The notes beneath the pieces are model-generated. The model saw only the letters and a list, made by a program, of their open reading frames with translations, did no database searches and was not told where the DNA came from. A stretch of DNA of 64,000 bases from Candidatus Omnitrophota bacterium (GTDB lineage Bacteria; Omnitrophota; Gorgyraeia; Pluralincolimonadales; Pluralincolimonadaceae), in contig JBAZJG010000001.1 in the NCBI GenBank assembly GCA_041651455.1, positions 146,535 through 210,534 of the forward strand. Direction: 5' to 3'. The translations under genes were made by a program, and so were the position numbers. Shown in pieces: positions 57,762 through 64,000 of this stretch; positions within the stretch are counted from its first letter, which is position 1; each line of letters begins with the position of its first letter.

Positions 57762-58732
57762 ATTATATAGCGAGAAGGCTAATAGGGATACTCCCTGTGC
57801 TGATCGGCATAACGCTGATCACTTTTTTCGTGATCCACCTGTCGCCCGGCAAACCGACGCGCCTGCAGGCGGAGATGTCGCCTAAGATATCCCTCGAGGC
57901 GCGCGAGAAGCTGGACAAGCTCTACGGGCTCGACAAACCCGTGCATATCCAGTATTGGGAATGGGTCAGGAGGCTCGCAAGGTTCGACCTTGGAAAGTCC
58001 TTCGTTGATGACAGGCCGGTATCGCAAAAAATAGGCGAGAGGCTCCCCGTCACGATAGCTATAAACGTTCTGTCGCTCGCGCTGATATTTTTGGCTGCCG
58101 TCCCGATAGGCATAACAAGCGCCGTAAAGGAGGGTACCGCATACGACAGGATATCCACCGTATTCGTCTTCATCGGTTTCGCTATGCCGACGTTCTGGCT
58201 CGCATTGCTTTTAATGAACCTTTTCGGCGTCCATCTCGGATGGCTTCCGATATCCGGGATAAAATCGATAGATTTCGAGGATTATAACCTGCTGGAAAAA
58301 TTCATGGACCTGGCAAGGCATCTCGCGCTTCCGGTCTTCGTATCGGCGTTCGTCGGGCTCGCGGGGATATCGCGCTACATGAGGACGAGCATGCTCGAGG
58401 TGCTCAACAAGGATTTCATTAGGACCGCCCGGGCGAAGGGCCTGCCCGAGAATATAGTCATATATAAACACGCGCTAAAGAATGCGCTGCTTCCCATAGT
58501 AACGATAATAGGGTTATCAATCCCGGGGCTGATAGGCGGCAGTGTCATATTCGAATCGATATATGCGATACCCGGAATGGGCAAGCTCTTTTACGATTCG
58601 GTAATGGCAAGGGATTACCCTGTCATAATGGGCGTGCTATTCATCGGCGCGATCCTGACGCTCATCGGCAACCTGGTCGCGGATGTCGTATATGCGTACG
58701 TCGACCCAAGGATAAGGGTTTCGGGAAGATGA
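57755..58732 (+). CDS. ABC transporter permease (DppB/OppB-like)
   Basis: The ATG at 57755 overlaps the upstream stop. BPD_transp_1 EAA-like region [11 protein letters not shown]. Confidence 0.8.
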   Translation: MVNYIARRLIGILPVLIGITLITFFVIHLSPGKPTRLQAEMSPKISLEAREKLDKLYGLDKPVHIQYWEWVRRLARFDLGKSFVDDRPVSQKIGERLPVTIAINVLSLALIFLAAVPIGITSAVKEGTAYDRISTVFVFIGFAMPTFWLALLLMNLFGVHLGWLPISGIKSIDFEDYNLLEKFMDLARHLALPVFVSAFVGLAGISRYMRTSMLEVLNKDFIRTARAKGLPENIVIYKHALKNALLPIVTIIGLSIPGLIGGSVIFESIYAIPGMGKLFYDSVMARDYPVIMGVLFIGAILTLIGNLVADVVYAYVDPRIRVSGR

Positions 58733-59541
58733 AGAACCTTAACAGGCTCACGGTATTCGGCATTATTGTCGTGGTCGTAATGGCGGCCGCCGCGCTCTTC
58801 GCGCCGTTCATAGCGGAACATGACCCGGGTGCTATAGAACTTGGGAGCGTGCTTATGCCGCCGTCCGCAGAACATATAATGGGCACTGACTCGCTCGGGA
58901 GAGACCTCTTCAGCAGGATGGTCTACGGCGCGAGGATATCGCTTAGCGTCGGTTTCGTCGCTGTAGGAATATCGGTAATTGCGGGCGTAATCTTCGGTTC
59001 GCTTGCCGGTTATTACGGGGGCTGGATAGACAGCGTGATATCCCGGTTCATAGACATAATGCTCTGTTTCCCGACGTTCTTCCTGATACTCGCGACCATA
59101 GCCGTTCTCGGCCCGGGGATATGGAACATAATGGTGATAATAGGGCTTACGAGCTGGATGGGAGTCGCGCGGCTCATCAGGGCGGAGATATTGAGTTTAA
59201 GGGAGAGGGAATTCGTAGAGGCGGCACGCGCTGTCGGCGCGAGCGATTTCAGGATAATAACGCGGCATCTTATACCGAACGGCCTCGGCCCGGTGCTCGT
59301 CAGTGCGACGCTCGGCGTGGCGGGCGCGATACTCACGGAATCGGGCCTGAGCTTCCTCGGGCTTGGGGTACAGCCGCCGGTCCCGAGCTGGGGAAATATA
59401 CTTACAGAGGCGAAATCGACGCTCGGAATAGCATGGTGGATAACGGTCTTCCCGGGCCTCGCAATACTCATTACGGTGCTGGGCTATAACCTTCTCGGGG
59501 AAGGCCTGCGCGAACATTTCAACCCCCACAGGAAACAATGA
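58729..59541 (+). CDS. ABC transporter permease (DppC/OppC-like)
   Basis: [15 protein letters not shown] motif. 6 TM helices. Confidence 0.8.
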   Translation: MKNLNRLTVFGIIVVVVMAAAALFAPFIAEHDPGAIELGSVLMPPSAEHIMGTDSLGRDLFSRMVYGARISLSVGFVAVGISVIAGVIFGSLAGYYGGWIDSVISRFIDIMLCFPTFFLILATIAVLGPGIWNIMVIIGLTSWMGVARLIRAEILSLREREFVEAARAVGASDFRIITRHLIPNGLGPVLVSATLGVAGAILTESGLSFLGLGVQPPVPSWGNILTEAKSTLGIAWWITVFPGLAILITVLGYNLLGEGLREHFNPHRKQ

Positions 59542-60338
59542 GCAGAGAACCCCTTTTAGAGATAAAAGGCCTGCGGCTGGATTTCAGCCAGGAAGGGAAG
59601 GTCATCGAGGCGGTCCGCGGGGCCGACCTGAAGGTCTTCGAAGGCGAGATCCTAGGCCTCGTCGGGGAATCAGGTTCCGGAAAATCCGTCACAGCGCTTT
59701 CAATAACCGGCCTTCAGCCTAAGGCGGCCTCGGTCAGGTCGGGAAGCATAATATTCGACGGAATGGAGCTGTTGGGCATGACCGAAGAGGGCCTGAGGAA
59801 GATAAGGGGCGCAAAGATATCATACGTATTCCAGGATCCTGCAACCTCGCTGAACCCCGTGTTTACGATAGGAGAACAGCTTATCGAAGCCGTTACGCTG
59901 CACCGGGAGGCCTCGGGAGCGGGCGCGTTCGATATAGCCGTATCGTCGCTGAAGGATGTCGGGATGCCGTCCCCGGAGGAACTGATGCACGCTTATCCGC
60001 ACCAGCTCTCGGGAGGCATGAGGCAGAGGGCCATGATAGCGATGGCTATCTCATGCAAGCCAAAGCTCTTGATCGCCGACGAGCCGACGACGGCACTTGA
60101 CGTGACCGTGCAGGCGCAGATACTCGATCTCCTTGTAAAACTTAAAGAGGATATGAAGCTTACGGTCATATTGATAACGCACGACCTGTCGATAGTATCG
60201 CAGGTCGCCGAAAAGACCGCCGTAATGCAGCAGGGAAAGATAGTCGAATACGGGGATACCGAGCTCGTATACAGGAAGCCGTCGCATCCTTATACGAAAA
60301 AACTTATAGATTGCATACCGAGGATGGGAAAGGGATAA
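59538..60338 (+). CDS. ABC transporter ATP-binding protein (DppD/OppD-like)
   Basis: GESGSGKS Walker A. LSGGMRQR signature. Confidence 0.85.
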   Translation: MSREPLLEIKGLRLDFSQEGKVIEAVRGADLKVFEGEILGLVGESGSGKSVTALSITGLQPKAASVRSGSIIFDGMELLGMTEEGLRKIRGAKISYVFQDPATSLNPVFTIGEQLIEAVTLHREASGAGAFDIAVSSLKDVGMPSPEELMHAYPHQLSGGMRQRAMIAMAISCKPKLLIADEPTTALDVTVQAQILDLLVKLKEDMKLTVILITHDLSIVSQVAEKTAVMQQGKIVEYGDTELVYRKPSHPYTKKLIDCIPRMGKG

Positions 60339-60339
60339 G

Positions 60340-61323
60340 ATGCCGGCGCTATTGTCCGTCGAGGGCGTAAAGAAATATTTCCCGGTCGAGAGGGGGCTCG
60401 CCAAAAGAATCGTCGGGACCGTCAGGGCGGTCGACGGGGTCTCGTTCGAGATAAACAAGGGCAGGACCCTCGGGCTCGTCGGGGAATCCGGATGCGGAAA
60501 AACGACATTATCGCGGATAATACTGAACCTTGTAAAGCCCACGGCCGGCAATGTGGTATTCGAAGGCGTCCGGATAAGCGGCATGCCGCAGGACAGGATG
60601 AGGCCGCTGAGGAAGGTCCTGCAGGCGGTCTTCCAGGACCCGTATAATTCGCTTAACCCCAGGATGAAGATAGGCGAGATACTTGCCGAACCGTTGCTCG
60701 TGCACGGACTCGGCAACCCGGCCAGGAGGAAAGAGCTCATCTCCGCGTCGCTGTCGAGGGTCGGATTGCAGCCGGGATACGTAAACAGGTATCCGCACCA
60801 GTTCAGCGGAGGAGAGAGGCAGAGGATAGGCATCGCAAGGGCGCTGATGACCGCCCCGAAGCTCGTCATATGCGACGAGCCGGTATCTTCGCTCGACCTC
60901 TCTATACAGGCGCAGATACTCGAACTGCTTGCGTCCGTGCAGAAGGAGTCGGGGCTATCGTACCTGTTCATATCCCATGACCTTCGCGTGATAGAGTCGA
61001 TATCCGACGACGTGGTAGTCATGTACCTCGGAAGGGTCTTTGAGAGCGCGCCTACCGGCGAGCTCTATGCGCAGCCCCTGCACCCGTATACCGAAGCGCT
61101 CTTCTCGGCCGTGTCGATCGGGCCTGAAAGGAAGAAGAGGAAACTTACGGTAAAAGGGGAGCCGCCATCGCCGATATCCCCGCCCCAGGGATGCAAATTC
61201 CATCCGCGCTGCCCGTACGCGGAACCGAAATGCAGGGTCGAGGAACCCGTTTTGGAGGAAGCAGGGCCCGGGCATTTTGTAGCATGCCCTCCGAGGGTAA
61301 GGCATTTCCGGCAGGGCAAATGA
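60340..61323 (+). CDS. ABC transporter ATP-binding protein (DppF/OppF-like)
   Basis: GESGCGKTT Walker A. FSGGERQR signature. C-terminal oligopeptide-type extension with Cys residues. Confidence 0.85.
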   Translation: MPALLSVEGVKKYFPVERGLAKRIVGTVRAVDGVSFEINKGRTLGLVGESGCGKTTLSRIILNLVKPTAGNVVFEGVRISGMPQDRMRPLRKVLQAVFQDPYNSLNPRMKIGEILAEPLLVHGLGNPARRKELISASLSRVGLQPGYVNRYPHQFSGGERQRIGIARALMTAPKLVICDEPVSSLDLSIQAQILELLASVQKESGLSYLFISHDLRVIESISDDVVVMYLGRVFESAPTGELYAQPLHPYTEALFSAVSIGPERKKRKLTVKGEPPSPISPPQGCKFHPRCPYAEPKCRVEEPVLEEAGPGHFVACPPRVRHFRQGK

Positions 61324-61325
61324 GA

Positions 61326-61354
61326 TTGCTTTTTTGGCCGCGTTCTTATATAAT
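61326..61354 (+). promoter_or_regulatory. Possible sigma70-like promoter (TTGCTT, 17-nt spacer, TATAAT) upstream of marC
   Basis: ttgctt at 61326-61331 and tataat at 61349-61354. AAGGGGA RBS before the ATG at 61375. Confidence 0.3.
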
Positions 61355-61374
61355 GGACGGGAAAGGGGAAAAAT

Positions 61375-62004
61375 ATGATCAGCGGGATACTTAAGATACT
61401 GTCGCCGATAGCGCCTTTCGTTCTTACTTTCATACCCGTATTCATGGCGGTGAACGCGTTCGGGAACCTGCCGCTCTACCTGATGCTGACAGAAGGCATG
61501 AAGCCCGAAGCGCGCCAAAAAGTGATCCTGAACAGTATATTTATAGCGACGATGGTCGCCCTTGGATTCATGTTCCTCGGTAACCTGGTGCTGCGGCTCA
61601 TGGGCGTGACCGTCCCGGATTTCAGGATAGCCGGCGGCGTGCTGCTTCTTGTCCTTTCGGTGCACTTGCTGCTGCCGGGGGAGGACAAGAGGGCGAAACC
61701 TACGACGGATATCGGCGTATTCCCATTGGGTACGCCCCTGATAACAGGCCCGGCAGTGCTTACGACCATACTGATACTCCGGGAAGCGTACGGGCTCATA
61801 CCCACGGTCATATCGGTCATATTAAACATGCTTTTGATGTGGCTTGTGCTCGCGAAGGCGGACCTTTTCATAAAGGTCCTCGGAAAGGGCGGTTCGAGGG
61901 CGCTGGCCAAGGTGTCGGATATATTCCTGGCCGCAATAGCGGTCATGATGATACGGATAGGCATAACCGAGATAGTAGCGGCGTTTACATTGGTAAAAAA
62001 ATAA
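61375..62004 (+). CDS. MarC-family (UPF0056 / NAAT) integral membrane protein
   Basis: 209 aa with 6 TM helices. N-terminal FIPVFMAVNAFGNLPLYL motif is typical of MarC. Confidence 0.7.
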   Translation: MISGILKILSPIAPFVLTFIPVFMAVNAFGNLPLYLMLTEGMKPEARQKVILNSIFIATMVALGFMFLGNLVLRLMGVTVPDFRIAGGVLLLVLSVHLLLPGEDKRAKPTTDIGVFPLGTPLITGPAVLTTILILREAYGLIPTVISVILNMLLMWLVLAKADLFIKVLGKGGSRALAKVSDIFLAAIAVMMIRIGITEIVAAFTLVKK

Positions 62005-62005
62005 T

Positions 62006-63235
62006 ATGAAGAATGTGGTAGCGTTCATAATGGCCGGCGGAAAGGGCGAGAGGTTGTATCCGCTCACCCGCGACCGCACCAAGCCCGCAGTCCCGTTCGG
62101 CGGGATTTACAGGATCATAGATATCACGCTGTCGAACTGCATAAATTCGGATATACGCAGGATACACGTGCTGCTGCAGTATAAGTGCAATTCACTGATC
62201 AGGCATCTCAGGCTAGGATGGAATATCTTTGACGCCGAACTCGGCGAGTATATCGACATTGTCCCGGCGCAGATGAGGACAGGCGATACCTGGTATATGG
62301 GCACCGCGGATTCCATATTCCAGAACCTGTATTTCATAGAGACCGAGAAGCCGGAATACGTGCTGATACTTGCGGGCGACCATATATACAAGATGGACTA
62401 TTCCGAGATGGTCGAATACCATAAGGCGAAAGGCGCGGACTGCACGGTCGCGGTCGTCGAGGTGAACAAGAAGGAAGCTCGCCATTTCGGGATCGTCGAG
62501 GTAGACCGCAACGAGAGGATACAAGGTTTTGAGGAGAAACCGCAGGTCCCCTCGAAGACGATCCCCGGCGACCAGGAACATGTCTATGCCTCCATGGGGA
62601 TATACGTTTTCAGCACGAACGTGCTCAAGGAAGAGCTCGGAATAGACGCCCAGAAGGCCGACAGCAAGCACGATTTCGGCAGAAACATACTCCCGTCGAT
62701 GGTCGCGAGGAAAGCGAAGGTATTCGCCTACAATTTCAAGGACGAGAACAAGAAGGAAGCCAAGTACTGGCGTGATATAGGGACGCTTGACGCGTTCTTT
62801 GACGCGAATATGGACCTCGTGAACGTGACGCCGGTATTCAACCTTTACGATAACGAATGGCCGATAAGGACGTATATGGAGAAGTTCCCGCCGGCGAAGT
62901 TCGTTTTCGCCGGGGGCGATGACGGGATGCGCATAGGCGTCGCGCTTGATTCGATGGTAGCCAACGGCTGCATAATCTCGGGCGGGCGCGTAGAGCGTTC
63001 GATACTCTCCAACAACGTCAGGATAAACAGCTATTCGAGCGTTATGGATTCGATAATAATGGAAGGCGTGGATATAGGACGGAACGCGAAGATCAGGCGG
63101 GCGATAGTGGACAAGGATGTAAAGATCCCGTCCGGTACCGAGATAGGTTACGATCTCGAGGAAGACAAGAAGAGGTTCACGGTGACGGAGTCCGGGCTTG
63201 TCGTCGTCGCAAAAGGGACGGTCATCGAGAGATAG
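62006..63235 (+). CDS. glgC: Glucose-1-phosphate adenylyltransferase
   Basis: FIMAGGKGERLYPLT...PAVPFGG..YRIID. C-terminal left-handed beta-helix. Confidence 0.85.
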   Translation: MKNVVAFIMAGGKGERLYPLTRDRTKPAVPFGGIYRIIDITLSNCINSDIRRIHVLLQYKCNSLIRHLRLGWNIFDAELGEYIDIVPAQMRTGDTWYMGTADSIFQNLYFIETEKPEYVLILAGDHIYKMDYSEMVEYHKAKGADCTVAVVEVNKKEARHFGIVEVDRNERIQGFEEKPQVPSKTIPGDQEHVYASMGIYVFSTNVLKEELGIDAQKADSKHDFGRNILPSMVARKAKVFAYNFKDENKKEAKYWRDIGTLDAFFDANMDLVNVTPVFNLYDNEWPIRTYMEKFPPAKFVFAGGDDGMRIGVALDSMVANGCIISGGRVERSILSNNVRINSYSSVMDSIIMEGVDIGRNAKIRRAIVDKDVKIPSGTEIGYDLEEDKKRFTVTESGLVVVAKGTVIER

Positions 63236-63931
63236 ATGCGGCGCAATAAAGTCGTCGGCGTGAGGGACCTGCTGTTGGAAAGGTTCGGCCGGCTGAAGAT
63301 CGCGGCCGAAGGCGATGCGGCAGGGGAACTCGTCAAGACCATCCTTTCACAGAATACCTCGGATATAACCTCGCTTCGGGCGTTCGGTAACCTGAAAAGG
63401 CGTTTCCGGAGCTGGGAAGGCCTCAGGAAGGCCCCGCTGCCTGCGATAAAGCGGGAGATAAGGATTGCGGGGCTCTCTAACATCAAGGCGCCGAGGATAA
63501 AGGGCGCGCTTAACGAGATAAAGAAGCGCACGAATTCTCTGAGCCTCGAATTCCTGAAAGACAGGGGGCTCGACGAAGGTTACAGGTTCCTCAGGTCTAT
63601 ACAAGGTGTCGGGCCGAAGACGGCCGCAGTCGTGTTGTTATTTTCTTTTGGGAAGCCGATAATGCCGGTAGACACGCATATATTCAGGATAATGAAGCGG
63701 CTGGGTTTTATAAGCCCGGGCGCGACACGGGAGAAAGCGCAGGAGTACCTTACTTCGGAGTCCCCGGCGCATGCCATAAAGGAGTTCCACCTGCACCTTA
63801 TCATGCTCGGCAGGCAGGTATGCACTGCGCGCGAGCCGAAATGCCCGGCGTGCAACCTGAAGAAAATGTGCAAATATTACGGAGACAGGAATGGAAGACA
63901 AGGCGTTAAGGATAGGAAAAAAAGAATTTAG
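63236..63931 (+). CDS. nth: Endonuclease III-like HhH-GPD DNA glycosylase with a 4Fe-4S cluster loop
   Basis: LRSIQGVGPKTAAVVL is the HhH-GPD motif. CTAREPKCPACNLKKMC is Cx6Cx2Cx5C. Confidence 0.7.
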   Translation: MRRNKVVGVRDLLLERFGRLKIAAEGDAAGELVKTILSQNTSDITSLRAFGNLKRRFRSWEGLRKAPLPAIKREIRIAGLSNIKAPRIKGALNEIKKRTNSLSLEFLKDRGLDEGYRFLRSIQGVGPKTAAVVLLFSFGKPIMPVDTHIFRIMKRLGFISPGATREKAQEYLTSESPAHAIKEFHLHLIMLGRQVCTAREPKCPACNLKKMCKYYGDRNGRQGVKDRKKRI

Positions 63932-64000
63932 ATCGAGGCTGCTTGTCGGGACCGGCAAGTATGCCGCGTTCGATATAATGGAAAAGGCGCTGGAGGCATC
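63891..64000 (+). CDS. thiG: Thiazole synthase ThiG, 5' part only (runs off the window)
   Basis: MEDKALRIGKKEFRSRLLVGTGKYAAFDIMEKALEA is the ThiG N-terminal consensus (SRLLVGTGKY). GGAG RBS at 63881. Overlaps the nth end by 41 nt. Confidence 0.6.
   Translation, partial: MEDKALRIGKKEFRSRLLVGTGKYAAFDIMEKALEA

Noticed and set aside
61324-61340. T-run (GCTTTTTTGG) after the ABC ATPase as an intrinsic terminator
   Set aside because: No GC-rich stem precedes the T-tract, so it is better explained as part of the marC promoter region.
1-64000. Search for mobile elements, tRNA/rRNA genes and defence systems (restriction-modification, toxin-antitoxin, CRISPR-Cas, abortive infection)
   Set aside because: No integrase, transposase, recombinase, nuclease/ATPase defence signatures, tRNA-like cloverleaf candidates or spacer arrays were found. 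The intergenic space is almost nil. The window looks like core chromosome plus a large but native glycan locus.

Overview
This 64-kb window is from a moderately GC-rich bacterial chromosome (GC not computed). Codon usage shows frequent AGG/AGA Arg and ATA Ile, and many starts are GTG/TTG, so it is probably an uncultivated diderm lineage that makes LPS-like glycolipid. Positions ~1-45,000 form one almost gapless, single-strand array of ~43 genes for glycan assembly. It holds an NDP-sugar toolkit: a CDP-6-deoxyhexose cassette, two RmlD-like reductases, three extended-SDR epimerase/dehydratases, a hexapeptide acetyltransferase and an AsnB-like amidotransferase. It also holds >=9 GT2, 5 GT4/GT-B, 2 GT9 heptosyltransferases, 1 GT28 and a CgeB-like GT. 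Three polyprenyl-phosphate-sugar synthase-type GT2s sit with >=4 GT-C-like polytopic membrane glycosyltransferases. There is a B12-radical-SAM / DegT-like / CelD-like GNAT / CE4 deacetylase tailoring module, a WecA-like initiating transferase fused to a WbpM-type N-domain, an O-antigen-ligase-like protein and GmhB. No Wzx, Wzy, Wzz or ABC exporter is visible. Several unusual domain fusions occur: nucleotidyltransferase-GT2, GT-B-DUF218 and WecA-WbpM(N). From ~44.4 kb onward the genes are housekeeping: family-4 UDG, PriA, one minus-strand TPR gene, def-fmt, a CBS-domain protein of unknown function, a tandem pair of GalT-like HIT enzymes, gap-pgk-tpiA-secG, a 5-gene peptide/nickel-type ABC importer, MarC, glgC, an Nth-like glycosylase and the start of thiG. 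No tRNA/rRNA, transposase/integrase or CRISPR array was seen. All calls rest on reading the six-frame translations and DNA by eye; no searches were run.
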